Part shown: one piece after another, positions 18,959-27,317 of the stretch
Layout: every line of letters starts with the position of its first letter
How positions within the stretch are numbered: the stretch's first letter is position 1
DNA from: Candidatus Nealsonbacteria bacterium
GTDB lineage: Bacteria > Patescibacteriota > Minisyncoccia > Minisyncoccales > RBG-13-42-11
Direction: 5' to 3'
Length of the DNA: 64,000 nt
Assembly: GCA_026396095.1 (NCBI GenBank)
Contig: JAPLXK010000014.1
Span: forward strand, 212-64,211
The notes under the pieces: model-generated
Database searches by the model: none
What the model saw: the letters and a program-made list of their open reading frames with translations, nothing else
Told to the model about the DNA's origin: nothing
Position numbers and translations under genes: made by a program

Positions 18959-18987
18959 AGTGTAGAAATAAGAAAAGCTCTTGTCAA
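18959..18987 (-). promoter_or_regulatory. Sigma70-like promoter TTGACA-N17-TACACT
   Basis: Minus strand reads TTGACAagagcttttcttatttcTACACT. Confidence 0.45.
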
Positions 18988-19058
18988 CCTTTTAAAGCTT
19001 AATAAAGACTTAAAGCTTATCCCCAGGTTATTAACAATAAAAAGAGGTCCCGTAGGAC

Positions 19059-19337
19059 CTATAAGAAAATATGATAATAGAAAAGAGTCAGCCAAAAAAC
19101 ATAAATGGCAAGAACTGTGGCTATTCCGATAAATAACTTTAACAGCAATTCCCACGTAGCATAGGGGCGGCAAAAATCAAAAATAGATTTTTTGCTCCTG
19201 GAATTAGGACAACTGCCGTCATGGTTACATTTGTCTGATCCGCAATTGCAATCGCTCTTTTTTTCTTCTCTCGTATGAAAACTAACTTCTACTCAATCTT
19301 TATCGTCGAATGAACCATCAGAGTCGCACTCTCCCAT
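19059..19337 (-). other. 93-codon Cys-rich membrane mini-gene frame interrupted by one in-frame TGA (codon 15)
   Basis: Translation: MGECDSDGSFDDKD*VEVSFHTREEKKSDCNCGSDKCNHDGSCPNSRSKKSIFDFCRPYATWELLLKLFIGIATVLAIYVFWLTLFYYHIFL*. GAGGTG lies 6 nt before the ATG. A promoter-like TTGACT-N17-TAATTT is at 19398..19426. A hairpin terminator AGGTCCTACGGGACCTCTTTTT follows directly at the stop. Confidence 0.3.
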
Positions 19338-19424
19338 CGCCAGCACCTCGTTTTTAATGTTCTATTGTCATTCCAATAATAAATATTGGGATTAATAAAA
19401 TTATCATTATTGATAATTTAAGTC

Positions 19425-19459
19425 AAATAAAAAGACCCTGGTAATAAATTTACCTGGGG
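19425..19459 (-). terminator. Rho-independent terminator of the 19491..19871 gene
   Basis: Minus strand reads CCCCAGGTAAATTTATTACCAGGGTCTTTTTATTT. Confidence 0.6.
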
Positions 19460-19490
19460 CCTTGGATATCGAAAGTGAACAGCAATCTTA

Positions 19491-19871
19491 TTATTCGCAT
19501 TTGAGCTGAAGAGTTATTTTTACGTTAAAATTGGACGCCAGGACATCCGCCAGATTCTTGGCCAATTGAATGTTTGTCCGGCCGATAACGTTGAAGACCC
19601 AATTACCATCATTAGCATTATATTTCCTGCTCTCAAGCCAAATTACTCCGATAAAGTCTGGGTACGGCTTTTCTGTGATTAAGCCGAACAATCTTTTGTA
19701 GGGCTTCTTTTCAGGGTCTTTATGCAGGACGCCGACATGATCCATATAGCACAGGGTGCTCAATCTGCAACCGTCGGAATTGCCGGGAATAAATCCTTTG
19801 GCAATCAGGAAATTGCCCACTTGAATTGACAGGGTTTCCTTATATTCAACCAATCCAACTTTCTCGCTCAT
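19491..19871 (-). CDS. Hypothetical protein
   Basis: 126-aa ORF with its own terminator. No motif recognised. Confidence 0.45.
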   Translation of the reverse strand: MSEKVGLVEYKETLSIQVGNFLIAKGFIPGNSDGCRLSTLCYMDHVGVLHKDPEKKPYKRLFGLITEKPYPDFIGVIWLESRKYNANDGNWVFNVIGRTNIQLAKNLADVLASNFNVKITLQLKCE

Positions 19872-20005
19872 TTTTTTCTCCTGTTAAGGTGCTAAAAAAT
19901 TCAATCAAAACCTATGTTTTGATGTGCTTAAACTATAACATATTTTAAAATTTAGTCAAAAATAAAAACTGGCCGGCTGTCCCCGGACAATCTTGTTTTC
20001 TTTAG

Positions 20006-20077
20006 TGCCCCCGACAGGAATTGAACCTGTATTTCTTCCTTCGGAGGGAAGTACTTTATCCGTTAAGCTACGGGGGC
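20006..20077 (-). tRNA. tRNA-Arg (anticodon CCG)
   Basis: Cloverleaf by hand: acceptor GCCCCCG/CGGGGGC, anticodon arm CTTCC-CTCCGAA-GGAAG, T-arm ACAGG-TTCAATT-CCTGT. No encoded CCA. Confidence 0.9.
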
Positions 20078-20082
20078 AAAAT

Positions 20083-20772
20083 TTACTTTTCAGCCACTAG
20101 CACAATATTGCTTTCTTCGCTTTCGGGCCTTTTTAAAATCCTTATTTCCTTCACGCTTAATCCGACTCTCTCGACAAGCCCTTTTATCTCGGACATAGAA
20201 AAATAATGAACGTAGCGCTGGGTCTTGTCTCCCCAACCAACAAAGCTGTCGCTCAAATCAATCTTTGATAATCCTACAATCCTTAAAATAAGATTTTTAA
20301 AAATTAACAATGCTTTTTTCCGGCGGGGAAGATACCAAACCGTTAAAAATAATTTACCTTTCGGTTTTAAAACTCTTTTCGCCTCATTCAAAAACTTAAA
20401 GCGGAACTCTTTAGAGGGAATGTGATGGAAAACAGCAATTCCGAATACGTTGTCGAAAAGATTATCCGAAAATGGTAGATTTAAAGCATCTCCTACCCGG
20501 AATCTTGCCCTGGGGTAGCGACTTTTAGCAATTTCGATCAGTTTTTCAGAAATGTCTATTCCGCAGTAACCGACTATTTTATCCTTGAATAATTCATACA
20601 GCCTGCCATTTCCGCAACCTAGGTCCAGGACTCTTTTATTGACAGCTACGTTATCCGCAAAAAATTTCAATTCCTCCCAGTTTTTGTTCCTGGTTCTTGA
20701 AAAATCATCGGAAATAAGGTTATAATCATTCTTGGTTTTTTCAAGGAGATAAGCAGCATATTCTTTTTTCAT
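20083..20772 (-). CDS. Class I SAM-dependent methyltransferase (type 11)
   Basis: VLDLGCGNGR SAM loop and DNVFGIAVFHHI motif. Confidence 0.8.
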   Translation of the reverse strand: MKKEYAAYLLEKTKNDYNLISDDFSRTRNKNWEELKFFADNVAVNKRVLDLGCGNGRLYELFKDKIVGYCGIDISEKLIEIAKSRYPRARFRVGDALNLPFSDNLFDNVFGIAVFHHIPSKEFRFKFLNEAKRVLKPKGKLFLTVWYLPRRKKALLIFKNLILRIVGLSKIDLSDSFVGWGDKTQRYVHYFSMSEIKGLVERVGLSVKEIRILKRPESEESNIVLVAEK

Positions 20773-20784
20773 AATTTAAAAAAA

Positions 20785-22320
20785 ATGAATAATTTTAATG
20801 AAAATATTATTCGAGAGTTAATTAAGGTTAAAGCGGATTCTCCGCCCGATTTGGCTTCGGCTAAAAGGAAAATATCCAAGGAAAACAAATCCTCATTTCC
20901 CACTAACATCTCCCTGCTTAAAACTTACCACGAACTTTTAAGAGATAAAAGCATAGGGCCTTCCGAAAAGATAGAGGGATTGCTGAAAACCAGGCCCGTC
21001 CGCTCCCTTTCCGGGATTGTTAATGTGGCTGTTCTGACCAAGCCCTATCCCTGCCCGGGAAAATGCATCTTCTGCCCGACGGAAAAAGGGATTCCCAAGA
21101 GCTATCTTTCGGGAGAGCCTGCCGTGGAAAGGGCCAAAAGACTGCATTTTGATCCTTATCTGCAGGTTAAAAAAAGAATTGAAATGCTTGAAAACGAAGG
21201 ACATCCGACAGATAAAATTGAATTAAGAATAATCGGGGGAACATGGTCTTTTTATCCAAAAAAATACCAGGAGTGGTTTATTAAAAAATGCTTTGACGCC
21301 TGCCTTGAAAAAAACGCCGAAAACCTGAAAATAGCCCAAAGGCTAAATGAAAAAGCCAGGCACAGGATTATCGGAGTATCAATTGAGACCAGGCCTGATT
21401 TTATAAATGAAAAAGAAATAAAACATTTAAGAGATCTGGGAATAACAATGGTCGAGCTGGGGGTCCAATCGACATACAATGATGTTTTAAAATCAAGCAA
21501 ACGGGGACATGGAATAAAAAAAACCATTAAAGCCACAAAGCTTCTTAAGGACGCTGGCTTTAAAATCCTTTACCAAATGATGCTTAATCTGCCAGAATCA
21601 AGCCCGAAGCGCGATGAAAAAATGTTTGAAGAATTGTTTTCCAATCCTGATTTTCAGCCCGATCTGTTAAAAATTTATCCCTGCGCACTGTTAAAGGAAG
21701 CTCCGTTATATAAACAATGGAAAAAAGGAAAATTCCATCCCTACAAAGCAAAGCAATTGGAAGCCATCGTTAAGGCAATAAAAAAGAAAATCCCTTATTA
21801 CGTAAGAATCCAAAGAATCACCAGAGACATCCCGTCCCAAAGGATCGCTGCCGGAGCTACTAAAATTTCCAATCTCCGCCAGACGATTAGCGGGCAGTCA
21901 ATGTGCCGATGCATAAGATGCCGGGAAATCAAGGAAAAATATGACAGAAAAGAAAAGGTTTTTCTTTTTAAGCAAGAATACCCTTCTTCCGACGGAAAAG
22001 AAATATTTTTAAGCCTTGAGAATAAGGAAAGAACAAAACTTTACAGTTTAATCCGTTTGCGCCTTTCATCAGAGGGAAAAGCCATAATCCGCGAGCTCCA
22101 TACCTACGGACAGCTTGTTTCAATCGGTAAGGGATTAAAATCCAACAAATCGGCACAGCACAAAGGAATGGGGAAAAAGCTGATAAAAGAAGCAGAAAAA
22201 ATAGCTAAAAAAGAATTCAAGGTAAAAAAAATCGCCATTATTTCCGGCGTGGGAGCAAGGGGTTACTACAGAAAACTGGGGTACAAACTGGAGGACACTT
22301 ATATGGTTAAAAACATTTAG
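20785..22320 (+). CDS. elp3: Elp3-type radical SAM/GNAT tRNA wobble-uridine modification enzyme
   Basis: VAVLTKPYPCPGKCIFCP radical-SAM cysteine cluster typical of Elp3, a TIM-barrel core, and a C-terminal GNAT loop QHKGMGKKLIKEAEKIA. Confidence 0.8.
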   Translation: MNNFNENIIRELIKVKADSPPDLASAKRKISKENKSSFPTNISLLKTYHELLRDKSIGPSEKIEGLLKTRPVRSLSGIVNVAVLTKPYPCPGKCIFCPTEKGIPKSYLSGEPAVERAKRLHFDPYLQVKKRIEMLENEGHPTDKIELRIIGGTWSFYPKKYQEWFIKKCFDACLEKNAENLKIAQRLNEKARHRIIGVSIETRPDFINEKEIKHLRDLGITMVELGVQSTYNDVLKSSKRGHGIKKTIKATKLLKDAGFKILYQMMLNLPESSPKRDEKMFEELFSNPDFQPDLLKIYPCALLKEAPLYKQWKKGKFHPYKAKQLEAIVKAIKKKIPYYVRIQRITRDIPSQRIAAGATKISNLRQTISGQSMCRCIRCREIKEKYDRKEKVFLFKQEYPSSDGKEIFLSLENKERTKLYSLIRLRLSSEGKAIIRELHTYGQLVSIGKGLKSNKSAQHKGMGKKLIKEAEKIAKKEFKVKKIAIISGVGARGYYRKLGYKLEDTYMVKNI

Positions 22321-22437
22321 AATTTCTTTTTCCTCCTGCCTTGCTTTCCGCAATTTTTCTGGGCTGAATATTCAAAAATCTGCTCGGAGTGCGATAAGCT
22401 GTTTTTCCTCTTTTCGCTCTTTTCGAAGAATAGTTTT

Positions 22438-23385
22438 TCACTTTACCCTTGAAATTCTTGTCAGGCCGGAACAAGGGATTATCTCAATTCCCTGTTTTTC
22501 CAGTTCGTCTAAAAACAAATTCATTCCCAAAGAATCTGAAGAGATATGGCCGGCGATGACAACATTTAAATTGGCTCTCTCCGCCTCTTTTTTATGCTCT
22601 TCGGATATATGCATTCCTATTACTGTTCCGATCCCGGCTTGCGCCATTTTGTCGTAAAGCTTTGGGGATCCTTCTGTCCCTCCGGTAATCTCGGTTAAGG
22701 TAATTCTGCCGCAACGGTTTTCTTCCGAACCGACAAAAACCTTGGGGCCGACTCCGATTTTCATTGCTTCTTTGTATTCGGGAACCTGTTTTAACAAATC
22801 CATGAGTTCGGAAATTCTTTCCGGTTTTTCTTTTTCAATCAAGTCTTTCAAAAACTTGGCTGCCAGATTATCTCCCGGAGTATGTATATTCATAAGGCTC
22901 ATATTCAAGAGCCTGGCTGCGTCAACTGTTCTTTGGTGGTTTAGCCTGTTTACTCCCCTGGCCACCTCTTCTATTCTTTCTCTCATCAATCCTTCGGCAA
23001 CGTTAATGGGAACGCCGTAATAATTTAAAACATCGCACTGCAAATCCATTACGTCGGCCAAGTGGGCCAGGCCCTTTCCTATGGGATGGTGGGCAATGAT
23101 CAAATCTATGCCTCCCAATTCTTTGGCCATTAAAATTTCAGCCGGTTCAATGTCTATTCCGACCAAAACCTTTTTTATCTCCTTGTCTTCAGAAATAAAA
23201 TAAACCCTTGAATCCAAATAAGGGTTTTCTAGGGCTTCTTTGTCGAAGTCTTCTTTATCTTTATCTGAAAGCTTTTCGTATTTCTGCTTTTTCCTTCCCA
23301 AAAACTTGGCTATTTCTTCTTTGCTTCTGAAATCGGCTTCTATCCCTTTATTTATCGCCAGATTGTAGATTTCATTTGTTCTCAT
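22438..23385 (-). CDS. NIF3-family dinuclear metal centre protein
   Basis: GIDLIIAHHP signature and C-terminal VVIAGHISSD. Confidence 0.7.
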   Translation of the reverse strand: MRTNEIYNLAINKGIEADFRSKEEIAKFLGRKKQKYEKLSDKDKEDFDKEALENPYLDSRVYFISEDKEIKKVLVGIDIEPAEILMAKELGGIDLIIAHHPIGKGLAHLADVMDLQCDVLNYYGVPINVAEGLMRERIEEVARGVNRLNHQRTVDAARLLNMSLMNIHTPGDNLAAKFLKDLIEKEKPERISELMDLLKQVPEYKEAMKIGVGPKVFVGSEENRCGRITLTEITGGTEGSPKLYDKMAQAGIGTVIGMHISEEHKKEAERANLNVVIAGHISSDSLGMNLFLDELEKQGIEIIPCSGLTRISRVK

Positions 23386-23590
23386 TTTTTTTGGGCGCTA
23401 ATTTTTTATACAATTCGTCAATTAATCTGTCCTGCTCTTTCACATTCAAAACCTGCCGGCGGATCCGGGCTTTTTCCAGGCGAACATGCTTTCGCATTGA
23501 GTTTGGCATTCTTTTTCTTTTCATTATTAAAAAACGCTTTAAATGGTTAATAGTACGATTAAAAAGCTTTCTCGCTAAAGAGTTAAGCAT
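23372..23590 (-). CDS. Hypothetical small basic protein
   Basis: 72-aa ORF (a later Met start is possible). Lys/Arg-rich. Overlaps the NIF3 start by 14 nt. Confidence 0.3.
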   Translation of the reverse strand: MLNSLARKLFNRTINHLKRFLIMKRKRMPNSMRKHVRLEKARIRRQVLNVKEQDRLIDELYKKLAPKKNENK

Positions 23591-23614
23591 TAATGTCTTC
23601 TGATTCTAATCTTT

Positions 23615-23842
23615 TTATCGGGTTTTGTCCAGTTTTCCTTTAAATAAAAAATGCCGAGAATTTTTCCCGACGGTAAAAATCGTCGATCTCTGCAATAAAA
23701 TCGCTGTTACGAAATTAGATACCTGCTTCTCATCCAGCTCTCCTATCCTCTTTCTGTACCAATCATTGTTTCTCAAGGCCTCTCTTATGACTCCTTTTCC
23801 GGCCTCTTCGTGTAATGTCAAAGTTCTCTCTCTCCATTCCAC
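23615..23842 (-). CDS. Hypothetical protein
   Basis: 75-aa ORF between the Mur ligase and the small basic ORF, on the same strand. Confidence 0.3.
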   Translation of the reverse strand: MEWRERTLTLHEEAGKGVIREALRNNDWYRKRIGELDEKQVSNFVTAILLQRSTIFTVGKNSRHFLFKGKLDKTR

Positions 23843-23866
23843 ATATTATACAATAAAAGAATTTCG

Positions 23867-25138
23867 TCAAATGTTGATTTTATTGAATTCCTCTCTGGCT
23901 GTTTTCCTGTCGTCCCAGGGAATTTTTTTACCATTAGCCAGGCAAATCCAAGGCTCGCATCCTTTTCCCGTGATAATCACCACATCATTCGGCTTTGCCG
24001 ATTTCAAGGCCTTGTTTATAGCCTCTTTCCTGTCTAAGATTTTTTCAGCCTTGCTCTTTGCCCCATCAGCGACCTGATCAATTATTTCCATGGGGTTTTC
24101 ATCATAAGGATCTTCATTGGTTACAATGACCTGGTCGCAGTATTTCTCCGCAATGCCTCCTAAGACCGGCCTCTTCCACTTGTCTCTTCCTCCTCCGCAA
24201 GAGCCTAAGACACAAATCATCTTATTGGGATTAAATCCGTCCCTGATCGCCTGATAAGCTTTCTCCAGGGCATTGGGAGTAAAGGCGTAATCGACAAAAA
24301 CCTTAAAGGGAGAAGATATCACTTCTTCCATTCTACCTGCCACTCCCTCGGCTTTTTCCAGGGCTTTTTTAGAGGTTTCAACCCCTATTCCCTGCGACAA
24401 TCCAACGCAAATCGCAGCCAAGGCATTATATATGTTGAACTCGCCCAGAAGCTTTAGGTTAAAAATAATATTTTTTACCGTAAAGCATGCTCCGTTTTTT
24501 GAGACGCTAACTTCTTCTGCTTTAATAAATTCCCATTTTTTATCTTCGGGATTGCCGTTTATTCCGTAAGCGTATTTTTTGTCTGAGGGAAAGCTTAAAA
24601 AATAATCTGCATATTTATCGTCCACATTAACAATATGCACCCCTTTAGCAGACCGGAAAAAGCTTCCTTTAGCTTTTTTATAGTTTTCAAACCCGCCGTG
24701 GGCCTCGATATGTTCAGGGGTCAGATTGGTAAAAACCGCTACCTGAAAATCAATAAAACGATGGCGGTGCTGTTTAACCCCTTCCGAGGCCACCTCTATC
24801 ACAGCGTATTGGCATCCAGACTTCACTGCTTGGCGCAAAAACTGCTTAATCTTAAAACGGCCCGGCATGGTCATTTTCAATTCATTGGGCCATTCTTTTT
24901 CTTTAATCTTAAATTTTATTGAAGATAAAGAAGCAACCCCATGTCCTGCTTCTTCCAAAATTCTGGTTATCAAATCAACTGTCGTTGATTTCCCGTTTGT
25001 CCCCGTAACTCCGATTATTTTAATCTTCTTTGAAGGAAACCAATATAAAACAGCGCCCAAAAAGGAAAGGGAAAAATGGTACCAGTCGATTAAAAAAGAG
25101 GGAATAAATTTTTTTATCTTTTCTTTCATTTTTTCCAT
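23867..25138 (-). CDS. Mur ligase family protein (MurE-like)
   Basis: P-loop GVTGTNGKSTT and C-terminal VTNEDPYDENP (compare the MurE DNPR region). An N-terminal hydrophobic segment replaces the usual N-domain. Confidence 0.75.
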   Translation of the reverse strand: MEKMKEKIKKFIPSFLIDWYHFSLSFLGAVLYWFPSKKIKIIGVTGTNGKSTTVDLITRILEEAGHGVASLSSIKFKIKEKEWPNELKMTMPGRFKIKQFLRQAVKSGCQYAVIEVASEGVKQHRHRFIDFQVAVFTNLTPEHIEAHGGFENYKKAKGSFFRSAKGVHIVNVDDKYADYFLSFPSDKKYAYGINGNPEDKKWEFIKAEEVSVSKNGACFTVKNIIFNLKLLGEFNIYNALAAICVGLSQGIGVETSKKALEKAEGVAGRMEEVISSPFKVFVDYAFTPNALEKAYQAIRDGFNPNKMICVLGSCGGGRDKWKRPVLGGIAEKYCDQVIVTNEDPYDENPMEIIDQVADGAKSKAEKILDRKEAINKALKSAKPNDVVIITGKGCEPWICLANGKKIPWDDRKTAREEFNKINI

Positions 25139-25211
25139 TTTAGCTTATTTTTTAACAAAAGAAAGCAAACTATTGAAAAAATTTTCAATCTTTGCTAACA
25201 TACTGCTACAT

Positions 25212-25478
25212 ATGGCAATTACCAAAGCAGCCAAAAAATCTCTCCGACAGAGCAAGAGAAGGAGAAAGATAAATATAAAAAGATGGAAAAACTTGAGAGC
25301 CCTCTTGAAGGAGGTGAAACTTTTGATTTCCCAGAAAAAAACAGAAGAAGCGAAAAAGCTTTTACCCGAAATTTATAAGATACTAGATAAGTCTGCCAAG
25401 GTCAGCTTGATCAAAAAAAATACCGCATCGCGGAGAAAATCAAGAATCAGCAGAATGATCAATAAAAACCCGAAATAA
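25212..25478 (+). CDS. rpsT: 30S ribosomal protein S20
   Basis: MAITKAAKKSLRQSKRRRKINIKRWKNLR... It is Met116 of the longer track ORF and sits in frame. TTGAAA-N17-TAACAT lies upstream. Confidence 0.85.
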   Translation: MAITKAAKKSLRQSKRRRKINIKRWKNLRALLKEVKLLISQKKTEEAKKLLPEIYKILDKSAKVSLIKKNTASRRKSRISRMINKNPK

Positions 25479-26447
25479 TCAGATCGAGACTATCAAAAAA
25501 TCTAAGGCAGCAGTCGGATTAATCTTTCCTGTTTTAATGGATAAATCTACCTGAAAAATCTTTTGGTAGATTTTTTTTAATTCCTGAAAAGTGAATTTCC
25601 CTGCCTGTTCGTAGGTTTTTTTAACCACGAAAGAGTGCATTTTTGTTATTTTCGGGATGGAATAATAGGGAACGTTCTTTTCCATCAAATCCTTTATTAT
25701 CAGAAGATTCCGGAACTGAAAATTAATCATGGAAAGAAGGTAAAGAGGATGGTCTCCTTTTTCCAGATGATCATGAAGTAATTTTAGGGCCTGCTTTTTA
25801 CCAGACCACTTGCTGTTAAAGGCTATGGCGTCAATGGTTTTAAAAATTTCTGGCTCGATTTTCGGCTTGACCAAAAGCTCTACATCCGCTACGCCAATTG
25901 CTTTTCCGTTTTTATAATTAACCAGCTTTTCTATTTCGTTTTTCATCCACCAAAGATCGCTGCCGACATATTCAACGAGCTTTTCCATGGCCGGCAGATC
26001 AATCTTCCCTCCGTAGGCCTCGATCTGGCCCTTCGCCCAACTTTTTAATTTCGGGGCGTCTAAAAGATTAAACTCCTGAACCTTTGCTTCTTTTCCAAAA
26101 AACTTGACCAAGGAAAGCCTCTTATCAGCCTCTTTTTCTTCATAAATAACGATGGTGTCTTTGGAATCAATAAATTTTTTAAAAAAATCCAAGGCCTTGT
26201 CTTCTTCTTTCAATCTGTCCAGGACGTTTTTAAAGATTATGAGCTTCTTTTCATCGAACATCGAAATCGTCTGAGTTTCATTTTTGGCATCTTCAAAATT
26301 AAAATCTCCGCCCTCGACATATCTCAAATTAAGTCCGCTTTTGTGGATTTTTTTATAGCTCTCAATTATTTCAGTCAGCTTCTGACGGGACCTGTAGGTA
26401 TCTTGGCCGTAAAGAAAGATGATCACAGTTTTTGGCATTTCGGGCAA
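25479..26447 (-). CDS. holA: DNA polymerase III delta subunit
   Basis: 322 aa. The N-terminal IIFLYGQDTY...L pattern and overall length and architecture match HolA. Confidence 0.65.
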   Translation of the reverse strand: MPEMPKTVIIFLYGQDTYRSRQKLTEIIESYKKIHKSGLNLRYVEGGDFNFEDAKNETQTISMFDEKKLIIFKNVLDRLKEEDKALDFFKKFIDSKDTIVIYEEKEADKRLSLVKFFGKEAKVQEFNLLDAPKLKSWAKGQIEAYGGKIDLPAMEKLVEYVGSDLWWMKNEIEKLVNYKNGKAIGVADVELLVKPKIEPEIFKTIDAIAFNSKWSGKKQALKLLHDHLEKGDHPLYLLSMINFQFRNLLIIKDLMEKNVPYYSIPKITKMHSFVVKKTYEQAGKFTFQELKKIYQKIFQVDLSIKTGKINPTAALDFLIVSI

Positions 26448-27313
26448 AAATGAGTGGATCGGTTGCCCATTTTTACTCTTTTAATAATATTTTTACAGCG
26501 GGAACATTTTTCTCCCTCTCTTTGATATGCCTTTCTTATGGAATCAAATTCTCCTTTTTCTCCCGAAGGGGTCCTGAAGTCGGAAAAGCTTTCGCCCTTA
26601 AGGACGATTGATTTTTTAAGCACATCCTTTAAAAACCTGTAGATGTTTTTAAGATCCTGTTTTTTTAGCTTTGACGTCTCTTTAAAAGGATGTATTTTCG
26701 CCCGCCACAGTATTTCGTCGGAATAAATATTTCCTATTCCCGCGATTATGTTTTGATCCATCAAGACCTGTTTAATTTTACCTTTTCTTTTCAGCTTTAG
26801 ATAGCTTCCGAGCGCCTCCAGAAACTTTTCAAAGGAAAAGTTTTTTTCCAGCGGCTCGGGACCCAATTTTTTCATGGCTTCCGAGTTCTCTAGGTCTCTT
26901 GTTGTCCAAAGCTCCGCCTTGGCGAATTTTCTTAAATCAGAAAGGGCCAGCATTTGGCCATTGTCAAGAGTAAACAATAAATGAATATAGCTGTTGGTCT
27001 TTTCCTGAAGAGGTCCCTTGATTTCAGAGTGCCATGCTCCTTTGTCGAAAGTCCATTTGCCGACCAAAAGATGGCCTGTGAGTTTTTGATGGATTAAAAG
27101 AGATTTGTTTTTCGAAAGGGTGAAAATAATGTTTTTTCCCCTTCTCCAGATATTCTGAATTTTTTCTCCCTTGATTTCTTTTTTGAATTGATTGAAGCTT
27201 TTAGGCCTCTTTATCTGTTTGGGGAAATCCGTCCAAACATCAAAAAAAATCCTTCCCAGGATTTTCGTCTTTAAACTTCTGATTGTCGTCTCCACTTCGG
27301 GCAATTCCGGCAT
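26423..27313 (-). CDS. mutM: Formamidopyrimidine-DNA glycosylase
   Basis: MPELPEVET N-terminus, H2TH region, and C-terminal zinc finger CSRCKNIIKRVKMGNRSTHFCPKCQ. Confidence 0.9.
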   Translation of the reverse strand: MPELPEVETTIRSLKTKILGRIFFDVWTDFPKQIKRPKSFNQFKKEIKGEKIQNIWRRGKNIIFTLSKNKSLLIHQKLTGHLLVGKWTFDKGAWHSEIKGPLQEKTNSYIHLLFTLDNGQMLALSDLRKFAKAELWTTRDLENSEAMKKLGPEPLEKNFSFEKFLEALGSYLKLKRKGKIKQVLMDQNIIAGIGNIYSDEILWRAKIHPFKETSKLKKQDLKNIYRFLKDVLKKSIVLKGESFSDFRTPSGEKGEFDSIRKAYQREGEKCSRCKNIIKRVKMGNRSTHFCPKCQKL

Positions 27314-27317
27314 ATTT

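Noticed and set aside
18781-19173. 130-aa minus-strand ORF from the six-frame track (MPPLCYVGIAV...)
   Set aside because: It has a TTG start and a low-complexity Phe/Leu/Ser-rich translation. It runs straight through a TTGACA-N17-TACACT promoter, a hairpin terminator at 19035..19060 and the terminal terminator at 18787..18821. The region is better explained as a short Cys-rich gene followed by a non-coding leader or sRNA.
19293-19295. Genome-wide UGA reassignment (code 25 or code 4) as the explanation for the in-frame TGA
   Set aside because: TGA demonstrably ends well-defined genes here at natural C-termini, including the response regulator at 27318, NIF3 at 22438 and holA at 25479. The ORF track, built on standard stops, also yields full-length housekeeping proteins.
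18781-19490. Possible tmRNA, RNase P RNA or SRP RNA in the 700-bp gene-free stretch
   Set aside because: I looked on both strands for GGGGCUGAUUCUGGAUUCGAC-type 5' ends, a tRNA-like GGTTCGAxTCC T-arm with an ACCA end, GAGGAAAGUCCGGGC / ACAGAACCCGGCUUA, and GGUCCGGAAGGAAGCAGC. Only vague resemblances turned up (GGTTCATTCGAC, GGGTGCGGG, GGCTTAC). That is not enough for a call, and an Infernal scan would be decisive.
24867-25211. N-terminal 115 codons of the 203-aa plus-strand ORF ending at 25478
   Set aside because: This part is antisense to the Mur ligase gene. Only the last 88 codons, from the ATG at 25212, match ribosomal protein S20, and they are preceded by their own promoter-like hexamers.
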